A stretch of DNA of 59,290 nt, the filler included, from Sphacelaria rigidula (Eukaryota): the NCBI GenBank assembly GCA_964200075.2. It is 5 parts of 5 records of this genome, joined end to end, with 100 filler letters (N's around TTAATTAATTAA, not from the genome) between each part and the next. Parts side by side here need not be neighbours in the genome. Positions count along the whole stretch, not along the records: positions 23,758 to 35,535 come from CAXNAA020004517.1; positions 35,636 to 47,413 come from CAXNAA020004518.1; 3 more parts are not named here. One strand, given 5' to 3'. The notes beneath the pieces were generated by a model that was not told the origin of the DNA, searched no databases, and saw only the letters and a list, made by a program, of their open reading frames with translations. A program made the position numbers and the translations under genes. This document shows positions 23,880-36,659 of the stretch, one piece after another; the first letter of the stretch is position 1; the number at the start of each line of letters is the position of its first letter.

Positions 23880-24632
23880 TAGTGAGAGAAAGTACCAGTA
23901 CACACAGCAAAAGGTTACAACTATTGCTGCGCGCGATTGTCAACAGTGCAGAGTTTTTCTCCAAGTGTTCATTTTTGAGACTGCGTTCCCGTTTTATATT
24001 ACTGTACATATTCCGCTCTACTGCTGGCCGGTCACGACAATTAATGTTGCTGGGGGAAGTAAAACAACTTTGACGCTGCGTGCAACTTTCCCCTAGATGT
24101 GCGACTATGCTACCCTGATATAACCTTGCTTTTCTTGAGTTCGTTCTCCAAGTGCTAAATTGACAATTACTCCCGTTTTATCTCTACTATTCGGTGCCTG
24201 GCACATCGCCACCTTCGGAAGATACCACCCGCACGGAATTATCCCCCAGAGTAGTGGTTGGGGGCGTGGCAGGTCACTTCAAGGATCGCAATCTGCTGCC
24301 AGCGCCATTCCGTATAGAGCACACAGTTTCAGAGTTTGTGTCAGGCTACCCACCATTTGCGGTGAAAAAACACGGCAAACGAACGTACTGTAGCATGCAA
24401 AGGAGAGCTAAACGATGGTAACAATTGCATGTGACACAATACCCCCTCCTGTTCCTCCGCACCCCTCCAACTCATGACCAAGCCAATACTCTTCCCCCTT
24501 CTCCTTCCCCCGACACCTGCGTCACGAAGCGGTTGGTGTATGCACAATGCAGAATGCACAAAACTAAACTAACTCATCACAAGCACACGCCACGCCCATC
24601 CATGTGTATGTACGTTGTCTCCCCTCGCTTTT

Positions 24633-24905
24633 TTATCGACGTCGGCCGCGGTTGAACCGACCCACACCGCCGAATCGGTTGCCGTAACCCCCGCCGCCCC
24701 CGCCAGCGCCGCCGCCATACCCCCTCCTGCCTCCGCCACCGCCCCCTCCTGCCCATCCCCGAGCCCCGCCACCCCCGCTACCACCCCCACCGCCGCCGCC
24801 GTTGCGATGTCCTCCTACGTCCACTCCAGCGGCATAGTCGGCAGGCATGGGTATGTTTCGAGGCCCTACACCATCTTCTTTCATTTTTTTCTTCCGCTCT
24901 CCGAC
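24633..24905 (-). CDS. ACIN1: Acinus homolog exon 5 (Gly/Arg-rich C-terminus, stop)
   Basis: AAG acceptor, then VGERKKKMKEDG...GGYGNRFGGVGRFNRGRRR*, in phase 0 with exon 4. Confidence 0.7.
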   Translation of the reverse strand, partial: VGERKKKMKEDGVGPRNIPMPADYAAGVDVGGHRNGGGGGGGSGGGGARGWAGGGGGGGRRGYGGGAGGGGGGYGNRFGGVGRFNRGRRR

Positions 24906-26486
24906 CTTGACATTTGGAAGAACGCAAGGCGCAGGGGGGAGGGGGGGGGGTTACTTATGGATTCATGAGCGAATATCAATCTCCAGCTGACGCGGAAGAC
25001 GGAAGTAGAGAAGCTTTGATCATGACTCAAGTCGTGTGCGCATGCCATTATGCACACGGACTCAAGACACCATCAAACTTTTCAGCGCCCGACGACCAAC
25101 TGGCCTTTTTTTTCTTTCCAGAGGGGGTCTCCGAATAACTATTTTTTTGTGAAGAGACGACGCCTTGATGAAAAAAATCGTTCGTGTCGCGCGTCACAGT
25201 GGAGCTACATATCCGTACAAAAGCTGGGATCAGCGGTATTGCCAGCTTACAATTTGAAACGGTATAGTACAGTAGCCGCAGTGGCACCGACAGTAGTAGT
25301 GCATGCACGCGGTCAACAAACACAACTGACATGTTGTGGCTGCACAGCTGAAGAGCGTGGCGTATTCCGTGGGGGGTATACGTGCTGCAAGCGGCGTGTG
25401 CGGGTGTGGTTGGGTGATGCTTTGATTCTGCTTGGGCTGAAGATTTGCGAAAATTTCCGCTCAACGCCAGTAGTCAATCGGGCAAGACGGACACACGTTG
25501 ACATACCCCTAAACAACACGCATGGCAACGCAGCGGTGGGCTTGTTTTCCCCACAAACCCCTGCTGTCTTCAGCGGCTGTAGAGTGCCCAGCCTTCGGCA
25601 GACACGCCATACAAAAAAATCGAACCCGCCCTCTCAAACATATTAAACTGCAATCCTTCTAGATTAAACTGTGACGGGAAGAAAAATTGCCAAGCGCCCA
25701 CGCGGTCGACTATCGGCCATCTACCCCTTCACTACGGCGATCCGCCATTAGTCGGCGGGACTGTCAGATCAGCCACTTGGCTGCGGGTGCGGAAGGGTAA
25801 AACGATAATGTCGAATGAGCCCCCGTTTGCTTTGCCTCACAACGCAAAAAAAAAGCTAGATCGTACCCTCCGCCCACCCTCTCTCAGCTCGCTTAATTTA
25901 CTTCCTAAGGACAGATTCTGTATTTGAATTAGCTGGAGCGCATCATGGTTTTTTTTCAATCTAAGCCTCGCAACGCTGCAGAGAGCATAACCCATGGAAA
26001 GAACAAGGAGGGAATAGCATTAAGAGAGACATTCATTCCACGGTAGGGAGGGCATGCATGTTTCAAGCACATTGTTGCCCGAACATAGCCCCTTTGAGGC
26101 ATTGTATGAGCCAGAAAAGGGAACAGGAAACTATGTTCATGTCGATACTTAGCAAAATGTCATTAGCTTGGCGACGCTTTACCCTGCAAAAATATGCATA
26201 TCAGCAGTGCTTCGTAGAACATGACATCCATGAATCCTGTGGTTTCGATCAACTCAACTCCCCCAACCGTAGTATCCAGGGCACTCTAATCAGTACTTCT
26301 ATATAGAGGGCATGTATTTATCACCCCCCCTCCACAAACCCCAAGGCACCACCACCCACCCCCCCCGCGTCGGGCCCCCCCCCACCCCNNNNNNNNNNCT
26401 CCGTCCCGGCTTTGTAGGGATGCGAGGTCTATGGTCTGATGACTATGGCATGCATGATCATGAGTACACCCGTGGCCAACACTCAC

Positions 26487-26912
26487 CTCCTCTTCCGACA
26501 GCGGTAGCCAGTACAGCGAAGGAACAGCCTCAGTCTTCCTGAAGAGCTCGTCCAGTATCACCGGCTTTTCCTCCTCTTGCAACAGCAGCTCCTGCTCTGC
26601 CATCATCCCTCCCCTAGCCCCCCTCCCGTTGCCGCCCGCCGCCGCAAGCGCCGCGGCCGCCGCCTTCGTGACCCCCGGGGCCTGCACCGACCCGCGACCC
26701 CTGACACTAACCTGGCCGGCCGCGGCGAGTGCCGCTGCGGCAAATGCGGCAGTCGTGGTGCCATCGGCGCCGGTAGCGGATGATGGCAGTGATGAGTCGG
26801 CAGAGGGTGCTTGCGTGACGCGAGGTCCAAGCTCGAGTTTGGCTCTGCCTCCTGAGGTGGTTAAGTTGCCCAGCCTGCGCCCTGCGCGCTTTGCCTCAGC
26901 GCGCTCCTTCGC
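26487..26912 (-). CDS. ACIN1: Acinus homolog exon 4 (RSB motif)
   Basis: CAG acceptor and GTGAGT donor. LDELFRKTEAVPSLYWLPLSEEE matches the Acinus/Pinin RNPS1-SAP18-binding motif. Confidence 0.9.
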
Positions 26913-27844
26913 CTGGTATGGCGTAGGAATTTTCAACGCCGTACAGTTTGGGTTGTGACAGTAAAAGAGGTGGTGAGAGTGAGGGTGGGGACGGGGCGGG
27001 GGGAAGTGCCCTTTATCTTACTCAGTGTTTCAGCATAAGCACGGTATTCTAAAAGTCCGTCTTGGTGATCAAACAATGCATCTATGATAGCAAGGGCCGC
27101 ACGAAGTGATGTTTCTCGAGGATACACATGCTAAGTGCTCGTACTGTACGCATCTGAAAGGTCGGGACGGAGCCCCGACTAATAATAACCTGCTGCCTGC
27201 GGCACACGCGTTTTTTCTAAGACCATCAACGTGGCCGTGTTTACTGCAGCAGTCAAGGCACTCTTCGAAAATGTATCCATCCTGCTGGTTGAAGTATATA
27301 CCGTTTTTGGTTTAGACAATATTTTTTCCCCCAAGTTACAAACCGCTGTTGAAATGAGCGTGAAGATAGCGATGTCTACAAAACGTCAGAAATACGGGGA
27401 CATGGGATGCAGGTAACGAGCATCAACGGAATAGAGGTGCAAAACCGCCACGGTGAAATAAACACATGAACGAGCACTTGCAAATCACCTGGCGACCACG
27501 CCTACTGGAAGCAGCAGGCGGTGACTGAACGTTTTCCCATCACTTCAGTCCTCGAGCGCACAGGGGACCAACAGTGCATTTTTTCTCTCGAACGCCAATC
27601 CATCGATAATACTTGCAGCAGCCAAAAGATGTTAAATATGAGATCATGTGATCAAGCGGTCATCTAAGGGGCGCCACTGCTAAGCCTTGTTCGGCTGCGC
27701 TGCTGAGGCTGTGCTCCCTGCCTTTGCTCATCAAGTCACGACTTATCATCGGTCACATCACCCTCATCAGCCAACCCATGCTCGCCCATCAAGCACTACC
27801 TGCATCAACGGATCTGTCTAGCGTCAAACCAAACCAAAACGCAC

Positions 27845-28039
27845 CTCCTGTGGCGAGACATCGGCTATTCTGGCTTCGAGGCGCTTGGAGCTCAGATCGG
27901 GCCACCGCAGACCCTGCAGGCCATCGATCGCACGTTGGGCGGCTTCCTCGCCCGTGAATGTGGCGTAGCAGTGGGTCTTGATTGCATCCATCCAGAAACC
28001 GTTCTCCAGGAGCGGAGCTCCAGCTTTGCTCTCTAGCAG
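27845..28039 (-). CDS. ACIN1: Acinus homolog exon 3 (RRM)
   Basis: TAG acceptor and GTGCGT donor. Translates LLESKAG...FWMDAIKTHCYATF...LQGLRWPDLSSKRL, typical of the Acinus RRM. This frame is not in the ORF track. Confidence 0.9.
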
Positions 28040-28825
28040 CTATTTGTTTTGTTTTGTACCCGGGTGAGGGTGAGCAGTGAGGGTTGTTGGTTCGAGCATT
28101 CGGACCATGAGAAAACAAGGGGGAAGGTGAGGGGGAGAGAAAAGGGCAAAGATATGGACGATCATACGTCTGCAATTTACCGTTCTTAGTCTGGCGCCCA
28201 TTGGACTAACACTCCACCGTTTGTCTTGATATGCTCCTAATTCTCCAGTTTTTTCAACCAGTGTTTGTTTGCCGTCGGAGCGTCCATCTCGTGACCCGAC
28301 CTGGATTCTAAGTGACTCAGTCAGTAAAAAAGTCATCGCCAAATATGCGATGTAGATGGAACCGCCGTCAACCATTTGATGCCGAACGCGTTCATTGGTC
28401 AGTCCAAGAAACGCTTCCCACCACGGAGTTCCATGGTACAGCTCTAGTTGAGGACGGCCTTCGATGTCTGTGCTCAGTCGACGGCGGCTGTGACAATTGA
28501 GATGCTCACATGACAAGAGTCGCCAACACTTTCAGTGAGAATATTTCAGTGCTCGTTCCCTGATACTTTCGACAAACCGACTGCTGAAGCAAGTTATGCG
28601 GGATCGTCGAGGCAAAAAGCTAGGATATCAAGTGGTGAAACAGACATACCAGCGGGCCCCGGTGATCCATTTTTCATGCAGAGAAGTCACCATCACCATC
28701 ATCGTCAATACGACAGTTACCACCGAAACTTATGCTGCGCAACAATATTACACCACATGCAGTTGTAGCCGCCACCACAAAACAGCAAAACGTGTATTTT
28801 CCGTGTGCTAGCAAACCGTTCTCAC

Positions 28826-29351
28826 CGCGGTACACATGGGATGTGTGAACGGCCTCACGAAGTTATCAACTCGAATTGTAACCGGGTTTGCCGCCGCCGC
28901 TACATCTTCCACTCCCCCTGCTGCCTCCGCTTTGCCCCCTTCGTCCATCTCTTCCGCAGCAACTTCAGTCGCACTATGGGTACCTTCGCCAGTGGCAACC
29001 TCTTCCGCTGCTTTGCCGTCCGCCGGGTCCGGTTGCTCTGCATGACCCGAATCCGCCTCTGCAACCTGCCCTTTCTCGTCGCCACTTGAAACAATTCCAC
29101 CACCTCCACCGCCATCAGTGTCCCGTTCGCCACTACCGTTATATTTCCTTCCCTCATTCTGCATCTTTCCCTCGGGAGTTCGTTCTTGCGTGGTATGAAC
29201 ATTGCCAGCAGTCGCAGCGGCGGTGGCGGCTACAGTCACCGCACCCGACGACCTACGCGACCGTTTCGACTTTCTCTTCGGGGTCTCAACAACATCACCA
29301 TTGCCGTCAGCATTCTCCGCATGTCTATCGCCCTCGTCTCCAGCAGCAGCC

Positions 29352-29385
<34 letters not shown>

Positions 29386-30010
29386 TGCTCGACCTCTTCC
29401 GGCTCTTACGAGAGGATGTTGCGGCCTTGGCGGGCGATGCCTCAGTCTCTGGTTCCCCTTGCTGCTGTTGTTCCTGGGTAGAACTTCTCACGGCGGCGGC
29501 CGCGGAGCTGTCTCCATCAACCTCCATAGGCTCAGCAGCGGCGGAAGCAGCGGCAGCGTCGTTGACGACATTTTCTTTGCCCTGTTTGCCGGCGGGTGCT
29601 GAAGTCTTCTTATTTGGAGATTCCCGCGATTCCTCCGGTTCTCCTCCTTCACGCCCCCGTTGCGGATTGCCCTCCATGGCATTTTCATGGTCTTCACCTG
29701 CGGGGGCTGAGGCCCCTTCATCCGGGGCTGCCTGCGTGTCCTCCGGCCCTTCGTCTTCAGGCTCTGCTTGCGGGGTGGCCACCATAGAACCGTCAGGTTT
29801 TGCTGGTATTGCTGTTGCTGTCGGCGTACCTCCGGCATTGACGGGGTCTGCCGGGTCTTGTGATTTGCTGACAGGGCTGTTACCGCCTTCTTGTGCCGTA
29901 TCGTTTGTAGAATCTTCACCCTCCCCATCCTCGGCCGCATCTTCAATCGGTCGCGACGACTTCTCCTGTTGCTGCTGTTCGAGCTGTTCGTTTTGATGCT
30001 CGATGTACGC
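28826..30010 (-). CDS. ACIN1: Acinus homolog exon 2 (acidic low-complexity region plus RRM start)
   Basis: Lies within ORF 28808-30058. CAG acceptor and GTGAGA donor. Ends IRVDNFVRPFTHPMCTA. Confidence 0.88.
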
Positions 30011-30730
30011 CTGGCATGTTTTTGTGTTCCCGGAAACACGATGGGTGTGGATGTGCACGGGTGATGTGAAGAACGCGCACGTCGTCGTAGGGGCGAATGA
30101 TTTCGGAACAATTTTGTGGTCGAGAGGAAATTTTGAATCTACCCTTACAACATACTGTCAGGTTATCACGTCTTCGACACTACCCTCTGTTTCGTTTGCT
30201 AGATGTGCACAGTATGAGCAGCTTGCGAAAGACGAAAGGGCTTCTGCTTGCAATATTTTCATGTGGCACCATAGTCCGATGGGCGGCGAGGTTGCTGCAT
30301 TCGCGAATCACGTGGGATGCAGGAATCATGTACACCGACGAGCTGGTGGAGCAGCTCCTACACGCTTGTACCCACTATACTACAATGCCGTACTACAATG
30401 CTGTCCCACATTTACTCTCAGTAAGTAGCTGCACTGAAAATGTGAACAAATCCTGAATCGAGCACGCGATCACTTTCGGTACGTGAAACGACAATACCTT
30501 GCCACATACGCAAGGGTTAGTCTGGCAAGAAAGTTAATGAAACACCGCACAGACAAAGTGTAGTGAACAGTATCAGTCCAGTCGATGGACAAGACTTGCA
30601 AATACCGCAACTTCCCAGTGGCGGCGTGATCTACGGGTGAGAGACAAGCGGTGGCGGCAACACATCACCCCGCTATGTGTTAGATGTGTACCTCCAAGTA
30701 TAAACCGGCACCAACAAGGGGAGCACTCAC

Positions 30731-30877
30731 CGTCAGGGCGTCGGCAAAATGAGCCTTAAGCTTGAGGCCAGTGAGTGGCTGGTTGAGCCTTGCAAGCTCC
30801 GCCTTAAGTTTTGGCACTGTGAGGTCCTTAACATCATCCACGCTAAAATGGCACGTTACCGCGCTACCGCCCGCCAT
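30731..30877 (-). CDS. ACIN1: Acinus homolog exon 1 (SAP domain)
   Basis: ATG...LTVPKLKAELARLNQPLTGLK SAP motif, followed by a GTGAGT donor. Confidence 0.85.
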
Positions 30878-31616
30878 TCTCCCCCTCTATGTTGTATGTA
30901 GTGGTACCTGAGACGTCTGTGACAACAGCAACGCAAACACAAGAGGATATATCTTGACAACAAAAGAATGCAGGGGGCAGCAAACAAGAAAACTCAGGGT
31001 AGCGGGTGTAGAATAATACAGCACCCGTCAAGTTCAAAGATGGCAACCTCCGCCAACTCCGCAGCTACCAAACGCAGTGACGTGCTCCTAGAGTCCTCTT
31101 TGCAGCAGTATCTGTCCTGTACCATCAGAAGGCCAACAGTCAGTGTTCCCGGAGGGTTTTTTTTTTTACATTTCACGAGAATAGAGTATGACAGCCTTTG
31201 CATCGGGACAATTGAAAAATTGAGGCCATAATAAATTGTAGCACATTATTACTGCAGGCACTCCTTGACTGGTTTTAGTTTATTTTACGCTTGACATGAA
31301 AAATAATTGTTCAGCGTAACAGTGCAGGTGGAACTTTTCTTTCATGCAGTGCGGAGAGCAAATAAGCCATAGAGCACCCTTGGAGCACCCCTGCTTTTTT
31401 GGTGAATACTGAATAACAACAAAGGGAACATGACTTTGGATAACGACAAATGCATGCGGCTGAAATTGACTTGTTCACATGCCGTTGTTCTGAATCATGT
31501 TGTGCTTGTACCGTGCTCCAGGGATCGAGTGATTGGTGGGGATAAGTGTGCGTGCGTGGTATGTGATACAAAGAAGTGCGGGTCCGAGATATTAGATAAC
31601 CTCGCAAATAAAATCG

Positions 31617-32137
31617 ATGGAAGTTGGGGCGGCAACAAAAACTGGGCATGGACAAGCAAGTTCAAGTGCGTTACAGCGACTGCTGCGCCTGAAGGTCCAG
31701 GGCCGCGACGGCAACTTTCACGAGTTGGTCATGGTACACCACGGTGACAGCAACCTATATAACAACCTGCAAGAGTGCAACACCACCCTCGTTCATCAAG
31801 CGCATCCCGCAATCTGCCCTCTTCGCCTCGTCGCCCCAGCATCAAATTCCCCAACCAGTGTGCAGTCTTCGAACAGTGTTCCTAGGTTATTAGAGCCTGC
31901 GGAGTCTTTCTTCCTCCGAAGTGATGCCTTCAACTTGGTTTTGACTTGGCTTGCACCTGACGATTGGATGCAGCTCGAAGGTACGTGCAGGCGGAGTAGA
32001 GCGGCTGTGGCGAGCTCAGGGTGTTGGCTTTCACCACGTGTAATGGCGGGACACTCGTTGCGCTTTCAACCCGAGGACAGAAAGGCGGCATATGTGCGAC
32101 ATCGGAGGGCTGTGGCTCGTGTGGCGAAGGCGTTTGA
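31617..32137 (+). CDS. possible exon of an F-box-like protein, divergent from Acinus
   Basis: The 213-aa ORF contains DAFNLVLTWLAPDDWMQLEGTCRRSRAAVASSGCW (F-box-like spacing). Candidate donor GAG|GTCAGT. The start and other exons are not resolved. Confidence 0.4.
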
Positions 32138-32589
32138 GGTCAGTCCTTGGACATTTTTGTGGCGCAGTCGCCAGGAAAAGGTACATCTTGTCGACAACCG
32201 CTGTGAGGTACTGGTGGTCAGCGCTGTATCTCGCCGCACATCGAATTTTATGCCTTGAACCGATTTCGGTCATTTCTTGCCGAGAACGCGCAATAGTCCT
32301 TCCTTTCCACGTATCAACCGTGAGAAAACTACAAGAGAAAAATCCAGATGGTACTTGAAATGACTGCACCAAATGAAGTGTAGATTCACCAGAGCTGCGG
32401 TTTTAGTGTACCCTGAACAGGCCCAAAGGGGCAAGGTACAGTAATATACACTCCTTCGTCTCTGCTGTGCTCGGGTGTGATATGTGCGTGACCAAAAAAC
32501 ACAGCTTTGGTCATTAGACCACTTCTTATGGGGCAGAAAATCTCAGCGCTTCCTAATCCCAGCCTGTGAAAGCATGCAATCATCAGTAA

Positions 32590-32999
32590 GCCCGCTCCTT
32601 ATGGCAGATATGAATGAAAATCTTAAAAACACCTTTCTGGAGCTTTTACGTCGTTTTATGTCCTCAAAGGTACTTAAGAGGGTTTTGACACCTTGGAATG
32701 CCTTCTCGTGCGTTTTTCCAGTGCTGACAGTTCTTTCGGCAAACCTTGGAATTTTTTCTGGACTTGACCGGTCTCCGAGAAAACTGACCGGTCTCGAGAA
32801 AAAATACAAGTTTGGGCAAGAAAAAAAATGCTGCCATCGGAGAAGCGCACAGGTGTACTAGAACCGTCCCTACGAGTACAGCAAGGCATTCCAAGGTGTC
32901 AAAATCCGCCGAGCTGTCTTTTAGAGCGTAAAAATGGCGTAGAAGCTCCGAAAAGGCATTTTTCCAGATTTTCATTTTCGTCGTTCATAAGGAGCGGCC
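32590..32999. mobile_element. Harbinger-like foldback MITE related to 2374-2846
   Basis: TAA|GCCCGCTCCTTATG...CATAAGGAGCGGCC|CAA. Shares TTTGACACCTTGGAATG with the first copy. Confidence 0.7.
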
Positions 33000-33909
33000 C
33001 AAGAAGAGTTCACATCGCCGTCGCTATTACCATCAAGATAGAGCATCTGTGGTCCTTACTTTCCTGGTGCCACCAAGGACCAGCCACGTTGAGGGGATGG
33101 TTCCCTACAGGTGTAAAAAAGGCGACGAGTGTATGTCACCTGGGCAGGCGTGTTCGGATTGAATAACATTCTTTGTCCTAACTTCATGCGTGGTTTTCAC
33201 GTCCGGTACTGCAGTGGTCCAATCCACACCATACATTATGACCACGGAACTTGTGCAAGCATAAGGAACCTTGTCCTTCATCAAACACAGCGGCTCTGTG
33301 TCTGACCCTGACAAACCAGTGAAACAAGCGTCACCGCGTGGGCGTGGTGACCGATGTGCCGGGTAATGCCAGTTCCTCGTCGGCTGATTCGATAGTTGAA
33401 CATGGGGGAGGGGGAGGGGGCACGCGGGGGGGGTGATAGCAATCATGGCGATGATGCTGGCCCGACGCAATATCGCATGGGCGCACGAAACGACTCTTCT
33501 GAAGCTCTGCCCGAGCGAGCAAAAGGGACCCCGCCGAACTCCGCCTCTTTTCATCAGTAACCGCGCGGCGGAAGATAGCCGGGGCCTTTGCAACCACCAC
33601 TGCTCTGATACACCCATATGACTTACGTTCTGCCCATGCCTCGCAGTGTTGGTATCTTCAAGGCCGCAATGGCATACATGTCGAGCGTGCTTCGATGTTG
33701 CATCCGTTACTTTACTGTACTACACCCTCACTATCATACAGTCACCTGTTTTACGTGTCTGTACAGGCACCGCAATGTTTCTTCGTAATCTTGGTTTTTC
33801 AGGGGTCGCCCTGGCACTGGTCGATCGTATGTATTGATTTTGCACTGCTTGTCATAATATTTTAACTATACTATAATGTACTGTACTGTCGGTACTACTA
33901 CGCTACACT

Positions 33910-34160
33910 GGTGGTGGCTCAGTCAGTAACTTCGAAACATTCTGACGGCTGGGTTGTGGGTTCGAATCTCGGTGAAGTCACACGATCCGGAATTTCTTCT
34001 CACACCGTGCCCAACAGTGGAGAGAGACCATGTCGTGGGCCCACAAAATGCGACGTCACAGTCGATGAGGTAAAAGGACCGCTAAACCCCTCACGATAAG
34101 AAACAGGGCAAGCACCGCAGAAGGGAGGTGGAGTACTAAAACAAGATGAAGAAAAAGAAA
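33910..34160 (+). mobile_element. tRNA-derived SINE
   Basis: A-box-like TGGCTCAGTCAG and B-box GGTTCGAATCT at tRNA-like spacing, a non-tRNA body and an A-rich end. A homolog lies on the minus strand at about 47735-47855. Confidence 0.7.
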
Positions 34161-35749
34161 CTCCAATCTTGGCTCTCCTCCTGTGTGACCCCGGTTGCCG
34201 CGCTCACATTTACGGGAAGGTGTAGAGTAAATGGGATGACAACACACACATACACGCACGCTGGGAATTAACTTGTCCTGCATTCCTGTACAGACATGAT
34301 ACTTTCGCAGTTTCGATATCCCTCGGGCTGTGCTGACTTTACTGTACTATTAGTACCGTGAAGGGGGTGCAGCACACAAGTGGAAGCAGCAGCAGACAAG
34401 TGGAAGCATGATAAAGGGGTTTTTATAGCGGCAGCGCCAAGATAGATGAGCGGCAATCTGTCCCCGCGACTTTTTGTTTTTTTCGACTGGGTTTGAGTGC
34501 GTGTGCTGTTGTGGCAGACTTTTCCTACCTGAAATCAGGTTGCAGAGACATGTCATGTCTAGTTTTTTTTTTCTGTTTTTGTTGGTGTGTTGTGTTTTTC
34601 CAGTCTACTCTTGTGTCTGCTCCATCTTTTTGTTTCCTTCACTTTTCTTCATCGAGTGTTTCAGTGTTGTTTTATCTCGGGTACGTCTATTATGTGACCA
34701 CGGCTGGATCCCTAGGGGATCACTTGATGTGCGAAAATCGAACAATCAATCAAGCGCTTGTAGTAATTTGCAGGGCATCGCAGGTAGCACTGAGGACTTC
34801 CTTGCTTTAGGACCCGCTTTAAGTTTGTGAATCGGGTCAGGGCTTTGCTATCACCTGAAGCTCGAATCCGTGATCAATAATGCGTTTTCACCTCGTTCTC
34901 ATTCGTGTGCTCCACACCATGTGTACGTGAAAAAAAGTGGAGACCACCAGCTGACTTGCTACTGTGCAGTGCCGTAGCCTGGGTAAGGGCTTCTAACACC
35001 TTTTGTGACGGGACAACATATCGTGTTTTCACACTAGTACTCACGGTATAGTTTAGATGAGCCCTTTAAATTTGGCTTTGTACCTGATTCGTACCCGTAC
35101 CTGGTGCTAACAGGGGGCGAGGGGGGAGGGTGTTCTCTTGCATTGCTTGCCTTAGTCGTTTGGCCGTTGAACACAGGGAAGAGGGGGTCATTTCAGGTCA
35201 GGGTAAAACAAGTAGATCGGCGGAAAATGCGGGGGGGGGGGGGGGGGGGGGGGCGGGGGAATATATTGCCTACAGCAGAGGAGAAATAAGACTGGATGGA
35301 CCGTATAGAACACCGCAGCAGACATTATTTTAGTTTTTTTTTTGAACCCTACAAGGCAGGGAAGTGGTGGGAGGCATGCGGGGGCCTCAATTTTCAGGCA
35401 TCTGCCGCGAAAAAGGAAAGAATCACTGGGCGAATCATCTATGGCTCTCGCCGATTTTTTGTGCGGGCCTCCGCCCCCCCCCCACCCCCCCCCCCCCCCC
35501 CCCCCCCACCCCCGCCCGCCCCCCGCACCCATGCCNNNNNNNNNNNNNNNNNNNNNNNNNNNNNNNNNNNNNNNNNNNNTTAATTAATTAANNNNNNNNN
35601 NNNNNNNNNNNNNNNNNNNNNNNNNNNNNNNNNNNGGTTTTACAGGTATCTCACCACGAGACCCCAACCTCCATGTGAATTTGACATGGAGGAGGTGGGG
35701 GGGGCTACGTGTCCGAAACGTTTCTCCGCGCTTCCCCATGACCAGGCAT

Positions 35750-36625
35750 ACCTTTTCCAAGTAAAGTTGATGCTGATTCAACAGGATGACCACTACTCTC
35801 GTCGTCCAAGGGTTAAACCTTACACGGCGAGAGTAGGTGAACGTCGAGAGTAGGTCGTCCTGTTGAATCGGCGTCAACTTCACCTGAGAAAAGTATACAT
35901 CATCCGGATGGACTACCCTCGCTGTGTAAGGGTTAACCGTTAGACGGCGAGGGTAGTCCATCCGGATCATGGATACGTGTTTCGAGTGAAGTTGATGCCG
36001 ATTCAACAGGATGACCTACTCTCGCCGCGTGGGGGTCAGCCAGGGTGACCCTTACACGGCGAGAGTAGGTCATCCTGTTGAATCGGTATAAATTTCACTT
36101 GTGAAAATTATACATCATCCGGGTGGACTACCCTCGCGGTCTAAGGGTGTTTTTACCCTTAGACCACGTTGCGGAGTCATCCTACGATAGGGGGGGGGGG
36201 GATTTGGTTGCACGAAAAAAAAGGCTGATAAGTGCGTCAGATGACCTGCAACACTCGCGATGCGCTTGTATTTGGTTCAAAACGGTGTCAATCGGTATGA
36301 ATAATCGTCATGTATCTGTAACAAGCTCATTCAAGCATTCGTTCCTGATTTCAGTGGCGATGTGCCTCGGAATTTCGTGCAAGAAGTGGCCCAAAATACC
36401 CCCCCCCCTATCGTAGGATGACTCTACGGGTAGTCCATCTGGATCACGAATACTTCTTCAAGTGAAAGTGATGCCGATTCCAGAGGTGACCGACCTACCC
36501 TCGCGGTGAAAGGGTTAACCCTTGGACCGGGGGTAGTCCATCTGGATAATGTATTCTTTTTTCAAGTGAAATTGATGCTGATTCAACAGATGACCTACTC
36601 TCGCCGTGTAAACCCTTAGACGGTG
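35750..36625. mobile_element. stack of about six piggyBac-like ~100-bp MITEs
   Basis: Repeated CCCTTA(G/C)AC.GCGAG...CTCGC.GT.TAAGGG units, several joined through GGGTTAAC. Same family as 7584-7682. Confidence 0.85.
36174..36424. mobile_element. second Sola2-like MITE subfamily, nested in a piggyBac MITE
   Basis: TGCG|GAGTCATCCTACGATAGGGGG...CCCCCTATCGTAGGATGACTC|TACG (TSD 3/4 match). The TIR resembles that of 9547-9803. Confidence 0.75.
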
Positions 36626-36659
36626 ACCCCCTGCTGGTAGACTAAGGTAGACACTCCAC

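Noticed and set aside
23702..24096. Poly-Pro/poly-Gly ORFs (also 35188-35591)
   Set aside because: Products of G/C homopolymers next to assembly gaps.
28888..30111. Overlapping ORFs in other frames over Acinus exon 2
   Set aside because: Shadow ORFs of a GC-rich low-complexity exon.
35750..36625. Repeat-spacer array resembling CRISPR
   Set aside because: Units are homologous along their whole length and occur in both orientations. They match the MITE at 7584-7682.
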